A stretch of 64,000 nt of DNA from a virus, in IMG/VR virus record IMGVR_UViG_3300044742_000097, positions 6,146 to 70,145 of that record; one strand, given 5' to 3'. The notes beneath the pieces were generated by a model. The model searched no databases, was not told the DNA's origin, and worked only from the letters and a program-made list of their open reading frames with translations. Shown piece after piece: positions 28,933-39,238 of this stretch. The position numbers and the translations under genes were made by a program. How positions within the stretch are numbered: the stretch's first letter is position 1; the number at the start of each line of letters is the position of its first letter.

Positions 28933-29223
28933 GTGGCAAAGAGAGTAACGCCATCGAAGAAGAAGTCGGTGGCCCCAGTGTCCAAGAAGAGAACGCTTCA
29001 GGCGAAGACGACATCGAAGAAGCGGACAGTCGAGGCCAAGAGCAACGGGAAGATGATCCCGCTGAAGACGCTCTGCAGCCAGCTGGATCTCGACCCGAAG
29101 GCGACACGCGTCAAACTCAGACGCATGATCGCTAACGACGAGATCGATTTCCACCCGCACTCAGCGCGTTGGGAGTTCACGCCCTCTCAGGCGAAGGAGG
29201 TACGCGCGGCACTCGGCGAGTAA
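28933..29223 (+). CDS. basic HTH-like DNA-binding protein (paralogue family; may start at 28714)
   Basis: AGGAG RBS + GTG; IPLKTLCSQLDLDPKATRVKLRR...RWEFT...AKEVRA. Confidence 0.7.
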   Translation: MAKRVTPSKKKSVAPVSKKRTLQAKTTSKKRTVEAKSNGKMIPLKTLCSQLDLDPKATRVKLRRMIANDEIDFHPHSARWEFTPSQAKEVRAALGE

Positions 29224-29259
29224 CCGCGATCCCTGGGAGGTGACATGGTTCTAGTGGGT

Positions 29260-29298
29260 AGGGGCGTCTCGGCTAGTACGGGACGCCCTTTTTCTTTT
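29260..29298 (+). terminator. intrinsic terminator
   Basis: GGGCGTC...GACGCCC followed by TTTTTCTTTT. Confidence 0.7.
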
Positions 29299-29313
29299 CA
29301 AGCACCGCGAATC

Positions 29314-29338
29314 CATCACGACAGGGCGGGTTATACTA
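29314..29338 (+). promoter_or_regulatory. repeated promoter motif, copy 2
   Basis: CATCACGACAGGGCGGGTTATACTA. Confidence 0.65.
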
Positions 29339-31192
29339 GAGGCGCGGCTACGCGGCCGCGTGAAAGAAGAAAGGAGACTGCAATGAGACCTCGAATCGGA
29401 AATGTACTGCCCAATGGGGCGATCGTCCTCGAAATCAACGATCACGTCATCCTCGCCAAGAACAATACCGGGACGAAGGATGAATACGTGACCTGGCGTT
29501 GGGACGGTAAGGACCCGGCGTCGACAGTCTTCGGCCACTACTTCGAGCGCCTCCACAACGCGGCGCTGGACTTCGAGGAGCGGCCGCGATGAAAGGCGCA
29601 GTCGTAACGATCACCTGCCCGCCTCTTCCGATGAAGATCGCGGGCTACAAGCTCCACTACCGTCAGAACGAGGACGGCTCGTGGTATGTCTGGGCTACGC
29701 ATAAGGGCATCCTCCAAAGCGAGAGCGTCATGAACATGGCCGAAGCCTGGCACTCCTGGTGTTGGCTAATGGGGAAGGGATGGAGATGAGGAAGTTCAAA
29801 GAGTGGATAGAGGATCGGGCTAAGAGCCCAGCGGGTATCTGGCTCATCCTCATCGTAGGCGTCATCGAGATAGGCGTCCTGATCTGGGTCGCCTGGTAAG
29901 GAGATTGACATGTTCGTATTGATACTATTGGGATGGAGCGGGTCGGCTGCGATCCGCGTCGGCGGGTATCCGACGAAAGAGGCGTGCGAGGCGCAGAAGC
30001 TGATCGCCGTCGCCACGATTCGTCAGGACCGAGGAACGAACTGGACGGACGGTTGGACTGCGGTCTGCCTTCGGATCGTAGTCGTAACCCCATGAGGGTC
30101 TGGGTAGTGATCTATCGAGCGGGCGACGACGACCGAGTTGATGGGGGAGTCGAGGACGACTTCTTTGTCGTTGCCTATAAGAACATAAACAAGGCTCAGC
30201 TCGAATGCCGCGGCCACCTCCGTGCGATCTTCGAGGGCGAGCCCGAGATCCACGGGACAGACTGGACCGACGAGATCGAATGGGCTGAGACTACCCGAAA
30301 GGGGGACAAGCTTCGCAAGTTCTTGGGGAGACCCAAGGCAGACGTAGAAGGTTGGTTCGACGTGCTTCAAGTCGAGGTCGTATAACCAGCGCAACGGGGA
30401 CGGCGCTTGCCCATTACAGTACCAGTTCGACTTTCGTTCTGAGCTTGGCCGCACAGAACACCGAGAGTCGATCTATGGGCAGGCGTCGTCTCCTCCTTAA
30501 ACTTAAAACCAAGGAGACTAGTATGACCTCGATCGTCATAGCTCGGGCGCAGCTCAAGAAAGCCAAAGAAATCATCGAACTCGGTGAGAACCGAGCCATG
30601 GCAGCCGAGGGGAACGTCGGGCATTGTCGCGAGTGCCTGAGTAATCGGGAGTTCGATGAGATGTGGGGTTATATCGCGATTGCCATGAAGGCTCTCGGTA
30701 ACGCGCCGCTCCCGTCGATACGGGGCGCGGTACTCAAGAAGAGTATCAACCACTCGATTCTCAACGACCATGACAGGAGAAAGAAATGAAACCAGCGGTC
30801 TGGATAATGATTGTCTCGTTCATCGGGCTCGGCATGATCATCGCAGCCGCGCTTTACTGGAAGGGGCCGAAGAAGAAACCACCTCTCCGCGGCGGGGTCC
30901 TGTCCGCGGCCAAGCCCTTGCCTCAGCCTGAGGAGTTGTACCCCCTCCAGCCCGGCGAGTTGGATACTCGGGGCGTCTCGCCCGAGCTGCTAGCGCAGAT
31001 GGAGGCGGCTGGGATGAATACGACGCACGAGCGATGGGATGACTTCGAGAGCGCGAGGCTCGCGCGCGAGGGACGACGCGGACCGAAGCACGCACTCGCA
31101 GGCGAGCTACGCAGCGCAGAGAAACGGAAGCCCGCGCGTGACGTGCTTGAGGAGAATGGATTCACTCCTCCCCTCGACCCGGGAGAAAAGAA

Positions 31193-31996
31193 ATGACGAT
31201 TGAAGTACTCGACCACGGCTACGTTCGTCTGGTTTCATATACTCAGCCAGTACCAATTGGCGTGAGACCGACCTACGGGTACGATGGGCCCGCGATCGGC
31301 GAGGAAGTCGGCCGCTCTCTGGGCTGGACAGGTGATCTGGAGATCGTTCGGGCTGCGCGCGTCTCGTACAACGCGGACTGGCGAGACGAGACCGACCTCA
31401 CCGAGCCGTCGAAGGACGCAAAGCTCATTCGCTATCTGTGGAAGAATGCTCATACCAGTCCGTTCGAGGCGATGACGTTCTCGTTCGAGGTGCAGGCTCC
31501 GATCTTCGTCTTCCGGCAGTGGCATCGGCATCGGACGCAGAGCTACAACGAGGTCTCGGCTCGCTACACGGAGCTACCCGATCTGTTCTACGTCCCAGAC
31601 TTCGACCAAGTACGCGCGCAGTCGAAGACGAACAAGCAGGGTCGGGACGAGCTGCTTGACGAGAGAAGTATCGAGGCGTTTCGGCGAGAGGTCGTCATCC
31701 ATAGTAACGCTGCCTACTACCGATACCAAGAGTTCCTCGCTCTAGGTGTAGCGCGTGAGCTAGCCCGTCTGGTCCTCCCCGTGAATACGTATAGCCGGAT
31801 GTACGCGAGCGCGAACCTTCTGAACTGGTTCCGGTTCCTTACCCTCCGCATGGACGCGCACGCGCAGTACGAGATCAGGACATACGCCGGAGCGATCTGT
31901 GAACTGCTCGGAACGGTCTGTCCGATAGCGGTAGACACGTTCAAGGATTCGCTAGGCTACGTCTCGCGCGGACTCGGAGAGGTGAAAAAGGAGTAA
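31193..31996 (+). CDS. thyX: flavin-dependent thymidylate synthase
   Basis: AARVS, H.SPFE, RQW.RHR..SYNEVSARY, ELAR.VLP, LR...HAQ.EIR. Confidence 0.95.
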   Translation: MTIEVLDHGYVRLVSYTQPVPIGVRPTYGYDGPAIGEEVGRSLGWTGDLEIVRAARVSYNADWRDETDLTEPSKDAKLIRYLWKNAHTSPFEAMTFSFEVQAPIFVFRQWHRHRTQSYNEVSARYTELPDLFYVPDFDQVRAQSKTNKQGRDELLDERSIEAFRREVVIHSNAAYYRYQEFLALGVARELARLVLPVNTYSRMYASANLLNWFRFLTLRMDAHAQYEIRTYAGAICELLGTVCPIAVDTFKDSLGYVSRGLGEVKKE

Positions 31997-31998
31997 AA

Positions 31999-32023
31999 CA
32001 TCACGTCAGGGTACGTTATACTA
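31999..32023 (+). promoter_or_regulatory. repeated promoter motif, copy 3
   Basis: CATCACGTCAGGGTACGTTATACTA followed by TCCCT. Confidence 0.65.
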
Positions 32024-32074
32024 TCCCTACGGAGGATCGCCCCTCCGGTGAGATGGTAAACTAAGGAGACTGAA

Positions 32075-33761
32075 ATGGGTGCTACGAGACTTATGCTACG
32101 AGTCGTCCAGAAGGACGCAGAGGGGAAGGAACATACACTCCCCGGGTTCTATACCAACGGCGACGCGACCGTCGGTGACCTCATGGCCATCGAGGAGAAG
32201 CTGAACAAGGTCGCGGCCTACGGGGTCAAATTCTCCCTCGTCAGCTGGTGGGACAAGGAGGAGAAGGTCGATGGCTAACGCACCGCATCGAACCAAGACC
32301 TACCTCGCGATGGCGATCAAGGAGTTCGCCGACAACCTCGCGAAGAAGGGAATGCCTCCACTCGACGATAGCGTACGCGTGGAGCACGTCAGCGGCGGCG
32401 ACTCGAACCTTGGGTGCATCGTAAAGATCATCGACGGAAACGGGCCGCCATACTTCTACGAGATCCGCATTCGGGAGTTCACATGAGTGGCTGGAACCTC
32501 CCGCCGGGGTGTACGACGGCGGATATCGACCGCGCCATGGGACTCGACGAGCCTTGCCGAATGTGCTGGCAATTCCCCGACGACTGCTCGTGCGAAGAGT
32601 GCCCGATCTGTAAGGAGTACGGAAATCCCGACTGCTTCCATGGGGGAAAGGGCCACGAGCTGAATCGCGAGGGGTTCTCCTGGCTCGCGTCGAAGTCTCA
32701 CTCGATGGGGTACAGCTGGAATGGCGAGAGGATCTGGTTCTGGCCGAACCCCGAGGTCGCGATCGGCTCGCGCGGTCGGCGGACGCTCTGGGAGATCGAG
32801 GAGATGCTTCAGGCCCAGGACCATGAAGTCTTCGTGCAGTTCTATGAAGAGGAGAAGCGTCTGCGGGACGAGGAGGTCGAGGCCGAACGAATCTCAGACA
32901 AGTGGAGGGGCCGATGAGCGATCTCCCAGTAAAGCCAGGGCCAAGACTCCCGATCGAGTATGAGGAAGCCGTCCGTAACCTCGAAGCCTGTACCACCCTC
33001 GACGATGCTAAGTACTGGGACAACATGTCCGACGCGCTCGCCGCCTACGCGAAAATGTACAACGACGACGAGGCGGGCCGCAAGTCCAAGAAGCTTAAGC
33101 TCCACTCTTACCGGAAAATGGGAAAGATCGCCCAGATTCTGAGGCCGGGCGTAGGAACTGGCCGACTAGCTCGCGCAGTAAAAGGTCGAGTCGGCTTTCA
33201 GAAGGGGCCACAGTCAGTGCTCATCGAACACGGACTGGACCGAAACCGGACGAACCAGGCCATACACGCGGCGAATCTCGGGGAAGAGGAGTTTACAGAG
33301 GTCGTCAATAGGACGAATCCACCCTCGCCTCGATCGCTATATCGCCAGGTGGTGGGCTCTCCGGCTTGGAATGCTCTTAATCAGTCACTATATGGACTTC
33401 GCGCGTTCGCTCGGAAGAACGACGCGGCAAACGTAGCCCAAGAACTCAGACCAAATGAAGCCGCAATCGCTCGGCTGGCCATTATCGAGTTGCTAGAATG
33501 GCTCGATCGCTTCGAGCAAGCTTTACCGAAGGAGACCAAACCATGAAAGTCCATGAGCTAATGAACTTCCTCCTGCATCAGTCGGGAGACGCCGAGGTCC
33601 GGATCGGTTCCTCATTCGAGGATGGGCCGTATAGTCATACAGCCATCGGAGGTATCCACCGATCGGGCAAAGGGAACGACGTGATCCTGACCGGGGGCGA
33701 CGAGTCGTGGTGTGACGAAGGTCCCGAGGACCTGGAGGTCTTATGGCCGGACGGAAAGTGA
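32075..33761 (+). other. cluster of small hypothetical genes, including a Cys-rich protein from ~32483
   Basis: Overlapping short ORFs with RBS. Confidence 0.5.
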
Positions 33762-34093
33762 AAAAGGACAAGCCAATCATCCTCAAGAAGAAGAAGAGGG
33801 TGAGTACGCTACCCAAACCAATTGAACTCTTCCGGATTCTCTTACAGCCGGACCAGACCACGCGGATCGAGATACGCGCCGTCCCTTCGATGGACCCAGG
33901 GGCGATCGGGTTCATCCTCGCGGATATCACGGCCAACTTCGCGAGGCTCTACCATGAGGCGCTGGGCTGCACCGAGGAGGAGGCGCAGAACCGGATCATC
34001 GAACTCTTCACAGCCGAGGTCGCGCATCCGACGGTCGAGCACGTCCACGGTTACGAGTATGAACAAGGCAAGGGAGCAAATCTCGATGGCTAA
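33743..34093 (+). CDS. DUF5076-like protein
   Basis: G.ILAD...FAR.Y......E....RI...F..E pattern. Confidence 0.45.
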   Translation: MAGRKVKKDKPIILKKKKRVSTLPKPIELFRILLQPDQTTRIEIRAVPSMDPGAIGFILADITANFARLYHEALGCTEEEAQNRIIELFTAEVAHPTVEHVHGYEYEQGKGANLDG

Positions 34094-34273
34094 CGGATTC
34101 CGTCGCGACCAGCGGGTCCGGGTACGTAAGGCGTTCCGGTCATGGTATCCGGGGCTGGACGAGGGGCGGGTGACCGAGCCGACCTCGCTTGGCATCGCCG
34201 TCAAGGTATTCTTCAAGACCAAGCGGAGGATCGAGAACAATCTCTGGATCGACATGAACCACCTGGAGAAGCG

Positions 34274-34759
34274 ATGAGCGTCCAACGGATAATGCGACTG
34301 AAGGCTCGGCCCTTGATCCGCGCGCTGAAGGCCCTACGTCGCGCAGGGGAGCGGATGCCGTCCGTATCGACGGGAGGGTATCGGGTATCCCTCCAACGGG
34401 ATACGGGGCGCCTCTATGCGCGGTCGCGCGGCCGTTACCTCGGCTCGGTCGGCGCGTCCGGGGTCTACCGTCCCGCTCGGGCCTCCACTGCGGTGGATAG
34501 GGCCTCCATCCAGGTACTCATAGAGGACCCGCTGAACGTCGCGCGCGGCGCGGCTATGCTTTCGGAGGAGCCTCGCTGTTTCGTATGTGGCCGTCCCCTA
34601 TCCCAAGAGGATATCCACCGGGGGATCGGTCCCAAGTGTTGGGAGAAGGGAGAGTTCTGGAGGCTTGAGAAAGAAGCTTCCGTTGGAGTTCGCAAGTCGG
34701 GTAGAATGAAGCCCGTCCGTAGTAGTAAAACCAAAATCAGGAGACACAGTCATGGCTAA
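34274..34759 (+). CDS. DUF6011-like zinc-finger protein
   Basis: CFVCGRPL......RGIGPKC. Confidence 0.7.
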   Translation: MSVQRIMRLKARPLIRALKALRRAGERMPSVSTGGYRVSLQRDTGRLYARSRGRYLGSVGASGVYRPARASTAVDRASIQVLIEDPLNVARGAAMLSEEPRCFVCGRPLSQEDIHRGIGPKCWEKGEFWRLEKEASVGVRKSGRMKPVRSSKTKIRRHSHG

Positions 34760-34973
34760 GTCCATAGGAAAGAATGTTTCGTATGAGGTGAGCGCGAAGA
34801 ACCAGCTCGTCATTACCGTCGATCTGAACAAGACCCACGGCATGTCGAAGACGGGCAAGACGGCGACGATCGCGACTACCCAGGGGAACACGAAGATCCT
34901 CGACAAGAACGAGGGCGAGGTGATCTTCGGACTCAACGTCTACAAGTATCCGACAGAGGGGGATGAGGAATAG
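34752..34973 (+). CDS. small conserved hypothetical protein
   Basis: LVITVDL....G.SKTGKT..IATT.GN...GLNVYK pattern. Confidence 0.6.
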   Translation: MAKSIGKNVSYEVSAKNQLVITVDLNKTHGMSKTGKTATIATTQGNTKILDKNEGEVIFGLNVYKYPTEGDEE

Positions 34974-35073
34974 CCCAGCGCAGAGGAGAGTAGGTCTCCC
35001 TTCCCTGCGAGGGGAGGTATGCCAGACGCCTTAAAGTCTGGAACTGGAAGCCGGGGGCGAACCGGTAACTGGG
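34974..35073 (+). ncRNA. candidate structured RNA (four-stem junction)
   Basis: CCCAG/CTGGG closes CGCAG/CTGCG, CCAGAC/GTCTGG and CCGG/CCGG stems; intergenic. Confidence 0.45.
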
Positions 35074-35077
35074 ACGG

Positions 35078-35104
35078 CGGGGGCTTCGGCCCCCGTTCGC
35101 TTTT
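35078..35104 (+). terminator. intrinsic terminator
   Basis: CGGGGGC-TTCG-GCCCCCG then TTCGCTTTT. Confidence 0.7.
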
Positions 35105-35118
35105 ACAGGAGACAGAAA

Positions 35119-35844
35119 ATGATAACGATTGAAGAGATGAAGAAGATCGTCGCGACCATGACGTACAAGCCGAAGGCGACCATCGACATTCGACAGAGCT
35201 TTGCGGACGAGTTTCCGATGCTGGAGATCGCCCTTCGGGTGGTTGACGCGATCGATATGGTCTCGGCGACGAAGTTCCACCAGAGGGAGAGGATTCCCGG
35301 TCGGGTCCGGGTGACCGAGGAGACCTTCATCGATTGGGTCTTCCGGATGATCGTGAAGGCCGAGCGTCACGAGGTAATGGAATTCTTCCGGGTAAAGGAC
35401 AAGCATTGGATCGAGCCTCATCCGAAGGAGTCGGAGAGCCTGCGCGAGATCGAACAGCGTCGCTACATGAACCACAAGCTGATGCGAGAGCATACGGATG
35501 GGCTCAACCGTCGAGCGATGGAGATAAATCCCGATGTCGTCTCGCTCTATGGATTCGGTGGACCGCCGGAGAAGTACAACTACGATGAGGCTTACTTCAA
35601 GTCCAAGTACGAGGAATACAAGGTGCCGAGCCTCAGCCAGGAGCAGCTCGATAAGATGATGAAGGACATCCAGCCCATAGTCACCGACTACCAGAAGAAG
35701 ACGAAGTTTCTGGCTCTGTATGGATTTGGACCGAAGGCCCCGCTAAAGGCCACGCCAGAGGGCAAGCGCAAGAAGGCGAAGCGGGCACGGGCAGCTCATA
35801 AGAAGGGATTCAGTAACAAGCCGTGGGATGCGCTACGCAAGTGA
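35119..35844 (+). CDS. hypothetical protein
   Basis: AGGAG RBS; E.HE..EFF......PH motif. Confidence 0.6.
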   Translation: MITIEEMKKIVATMTYKPKATIDIRQSFADEFPMLEIALRVVDAIDMVSATKFHQRERIPGRVRVTEETFIDWVFRMIVKAERHEVMEFFRVKDKHWIEPHPKESESLREIEQRRYMNHKLMREHTDGLNRRAMEINPDVVSLYGFGGPPEKYNYDEAYFKSKYEEYKVPSLSQEQLDKMMKDIQPIVTDYQKKTKFLALYGFGPKAPLKATPEGKRKKAKRARAAHKKGFSNKPWDALRK

Positions 35845-36252
35845 GGGACTATGAACAAGTACATGACGATTCTGGAGCTTCCCCGTAACCCGTGGATTCT
35901 CGGGTCGCTTCTGGCTGCCTACGAGCGGAGGCAGAAAGCGCCTGCGGATCGGAAGCCCTACGGATCCAAGTACAAGTACGTTCCCGCCGACGAGAAGACT
36001 CACGCGTGGCCCGGTCGATCTCCGTACTCATACGACTACTAGACTTGCAAGTACGGGGCGGATCGCGGGATCGGCCTAGACCCTAGGCGCGGCGCGGTCC
36101 TACGGGCGAGCGTAGGGCTCTATAGGCCGCGCGCGAGACCGGACCCGCTATAGGGCTAGCGGCTCGGCTCGAACGTCGCGCCTCGGCGAGCTTATAGCGG
36201 CTCGCGCGATCGTCAATTAGCGTCTGGAGCGCGGTCGGCGTATACTTGATCT

Positions 36253-36412
36253 CGTCCGTTTATGGTAAGTGGAATAGACGTGCCAGCCACCAGGACCTAG
36301 GAGGCTCGATATGACCCGTTGGTAAAGGGGTTACAAACGCCAGCTAGCACAACTCAGTCAAAGACGCAACTTTGATAACGATAGGGAGGGGGACCACGAG
36401 GTCCCTCTTCTT
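36253..36412 (+). ncRNA. candidate small RNA or minigene transcript
   Basis: TATACT at 36241, several hairpins, terminal GGGGACC/GGTCCCT hairpin, no long ORF. Confidence 0.35.
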
Positions 36413-36417
36413 GTATA

Positions 36418-38523
36418 CTAGTGAAGTGCCCAGTAGCACTCGACGTCAGACTCCTCGCCCGCTCCGATGAGTTGAGCCTCGACTAGCTGGTCGATGATCT
36501 CGGAGAATTCTCTGACCTGGAGATGTCGATTGAGCTTCTGGAGTACCGAGTAGGGCATGAGACCCCGACGCATAAGATCTTTGTATTTGTTCGGAGCCTT
36601 GTGGATATAGCGCTGGGGCGAACGAATGAACCGCTCGACTCCCTTCGACTCACGCTCGCGGAATGTCCGCGCGGTGGACTCGCCGATCCTAGCTGACCAG
36701 CAGGAGATACCCCACCGAACCATCTGGATAGCCCACGCCCCGATCGCCGACGATATGAGAGGCCGCTTAGGGTTGACGCCTACGGCCACGATACCGGCGA
36801 TAATCAGTGCGTTCTGATTCGCTCGGCCCCAGATCTCGTTGTCTCCCTCGCCCGCGCTGTGCTGTCGAGCCTCCTCGTCGAAGTCACGGAACTTAGACCA
36901 GACGTGTGCCGACTCGAATTGGATCTCTATAGGCAGCTTCCTCGAATCCATTTCCTTCATGATCTTCACCTTCTGGCCGATCGAAGCGGGGAACACGTCG
37001 GCGCGTTCGAGGTTGGCTTTCGGAGCCGCGTCACCCGAGTCGAATAGGATGAACCGATTAAGCAGGCCCATCGCTAGATCCGAGACGGTCACCGAGTCGA
37101 TTAGCTGTGCGGGCTGCGCGGCCGCCATTAGACCGAGCCAAGGCCGGTCGAGTGCGGGGATCTCTGTCTTCCGGCCCGGGAACGCAGGCACATGCGCGTT
37201 CGCCTTACCATAGAGTGCGAGGAGCCACGTGATGATTTGGTAGTCGAACGATCCGGGGTTCTTCGTGGCTTTGAGTCTTCGTGCCGCTTCGTCCCAGAGC
37301 CAACACGCCATACCAGGAGGTTCACCGAGCTTATCGAGCAGAGCGTAGTATGACTGGAACCCCTGGAAGACCGACCCGCTGAGCTTTACGCGTGTGGCGA
37401 ATTCGTACACGCTATTCAGCGAAGACTCCTTGCCTCCCGCGGTCGGCGCGAGTAGCATGAAGTAAGGTTGAAGCGGGGTTGCCCAACCCTGTACGACGTA
37501 CTTATTGCACGAGGCCAGCGCCGTACACATCAGACCAACTGAGATATCGAACGATGGCTGTGACAGATAGGATCGCTTAGCGGCCCACTTCGCTAGCTCA
37601 CCCACCATACCCGGAACGTCCCGCAGAGCCGGATCCAACTCGGGGATCGTGACTGCGATCTCTCCATTCATGAGCTGTGGAGGAGCCTGGAACTTCCGCG
37701 TAGGAGCTAACCACTCGCGCAACTTCTTCACCGTATCGCCCTTGATCCACTGCGCTAGTGTTCTCCAGCCTGCGATCCGATCTCCCTTCTTGAAGTGCTC
37801 GATCGTATTCTTGACAGTGAGCTTCCGATCTCCGGGTTCATCGTCTGCCTGCCGGATACACTTAAGGATCGCTTCCATGAACTCGGTCACGTCCTTCTCG
37901 TCCCAACCGCTCCACATCAGAGCCCCGGTAAGCGAGTGGATATAGTCGTGACGTGCGCCCGAGGTCGGGAAGTGTCTCAGGAGGACAGCTGCTCCCGCAA
38001 CTCGATCGACCAGCTTCTCTAGCTGTATCTTTGTGATTGGAGTAAATGGAAGATCGGTATTGATTTCGTACCTCTCACGATCCGGATGCATAGAGGGTGG
38101 AAGTACCGACTGTGATCCGGTCGAACGGATCTCAATAATCTTGCCGTCCTCCTTGGTCATCCGCGAGAGCGAGACCGCACCCTTACATTTATACAAGTAG
38201 TGGGACCCCGGCCGACTCAACCTCCCGTACACGAAGGTTTCAGGTAAGTAGTACTCAGCGAACTGTGATGCCTCGTCCCAATCGAGGTCGATATCCACAA
38301 TCCAGTTACTAGGCTCTCCCCACAAGCCGCCGAGGTTGTAGCCCGACTTGAAGAACTGTGGGAGGGTCTTCTCAGTTACACGCAAGGAATTCCAACCTTC
38401 TCCTCCAGAGGGGATCTTCGTACCGGGCCTCAACGGTACGGGCTTTATCCCTAGCTCAAGCCAAGAGCGTGCCGCTCCAACCGTATCAAGTTTACTTTTC
38501 GTCGTCTTTCCGTTACGCTTCAA
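36418..38523 (-). CDS. bifunctional primase-polymerase with C-terminal DUF3987-like domain
   Basis: NLG...G...IVDID, HYLY, EIRSTGSQSVLPPS.H; later APTAGGKE, WDE, GLLNRF. Confidence 0.85.
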   Translation of the reverse strand: MKRNGKTTKSKLDTVGAARSWLELGIKPVPLRPGTKIPSGGEGWNSLRVTEKTLPQFFKSGYNLGGLWGEPSNWIVDIDLDWDEASQFAEYYLPETFVYGRLSRPGSHYLYKCKGAVSLSRMTKEDGKIIEIRSTGSQSVLPPSMHPDRERYEINTDLPFTPITKIQLEKLVDRVAGAAVLLRHFPTSGARHDYIHSLTGALMWSGWDEKDVTEFMEAILKCIRQADDEPGDRKLTVKNTIEHFKKGDRIAGWRTLAQWIKGDTVKKLREWLAPTRKFQAPPQLMNGEIAVTIPELDPALRDVPGMVGELAKWAAKRSYLSQPSFDISVGLMCTALASCNKYVVQGWATPLQPYFMLLAPTAGGKESSLNSVYEFATRVKLSGSVFQGFQSYYALLDKLGEPPGMACWLWDEAARRLKATKNPGSFDYQIITWLLALYGKANAHVPAFPGRKTEIPALDRPWLGLMAAAQPAQLIDSVTVSDLAMGLLNRFILFDSGDAAPKANLERADVFPASIGQKVKIMKEMDSRKLPIEIQFESAHVWSKFRDFDEEARQHSAGEGDNEIWGRANQNALIIAGIVAVGVNPKRPLISSAIGAWAIQMVRWGISCWSARIGESTARTFRERESKGVERFIRSPQRYIHKAPNKYKDLMRRGLMPYSVLQKLNRHLQVREFSEIIDQLVEAQLIGAGEESDVECYWALH

Positions 38524-38561
38524 TTCGTCTTACTCCGACAGTAGGTTTTGTCGATCCTTAT

Positions 38562-38600
38562 AGAGACGGTTTGGGTTCCTCCAGCCGTCTCTCTTTTTTT
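38562..38600 (+). terminator. terminator-like hairpin between divergent genes
   Basis: AGAGACGG...CCGTCTCT followed by T7. Confidence 0.55.
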
Positions 38601-38698
38601 AGGGGCAAAACATTCTGCACCCTTCATCTTCCCAAGCGCCGCAGCGAACGAGTATCTTACGCTCGACGACTAACCAAAAAAACTTGCGGAGACAGACA

Positions 38699-39238
38699 AT
38701 GCCCCTAGTAGTCTTAGAGGGAGCCGATGGCTCCGGAAAGAGTACGCTTGCGCACAAATTACTCAAAGGGACCGGGCAACCGACCCTCTTGGTAAAGCGG
38801 TCCGGCCCACCCGGATCCATCGAAACCCTTGTCTTCATGTCTGAATGGCTATCCCAGCAGGGTAGGATCGGACTCAACATTATAGCCGATCGACACCCCA
38901 TTATATCAGAAGCCATATACGGTCCAGTAGTGCGCAAGGCACCAGGTCCGTACTGGAGTATGGAGGACGCTTACCGAGCGCTCAAGCGTCACAACATCCT
39001 TCTGGTCTACTGCCGAACGGATATGGGCAAGCTACTCGAAGGAGCCCAGCAAGAGGACCAGATGGCCGGAGTCCATCAATACTACTGGGACCTCGTGAAA
39101 GAGTACGACCGGTGGATGGACTACTTCCAAGACAAGGGAATCGCTTTCTACCAGTATAATTGGGCGAACGACCAGGACGCCACGAAGGCCATTAAGAACA
39201 TCCGAACATTCTGGGAGGGGAAATGGAAGATCGACTAA
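38699..39238 (+). CDS. dNMP (thymidylate-kinase-like) kinase
   Basis: LEGADGSGKST P-loop, DRH..ISE.IYG. Confidence 0.85.
   Translation: MPLVVLEGADGSGKSTLAHKLLKGTGQPTLLVKRSGPPGSIETLVFMSEWLSQQGRIGLNIIADRHPIISEAIYGPVVRKAPGPYWSMEDAYRALKRHNILLVYCRTDMGKLLEGAQQEDQMAGVHQYYWDLVKEYDRWMDYFQDKGIAFYQYNWANDQDATKAIKNIRTFWEGKWKID

Noticed and set aside
35019-35132. 37-aa ORF within the structured intergenic region
   Set aside because: GGAGG is only one base from the ATG and the frame runs through a terminator.
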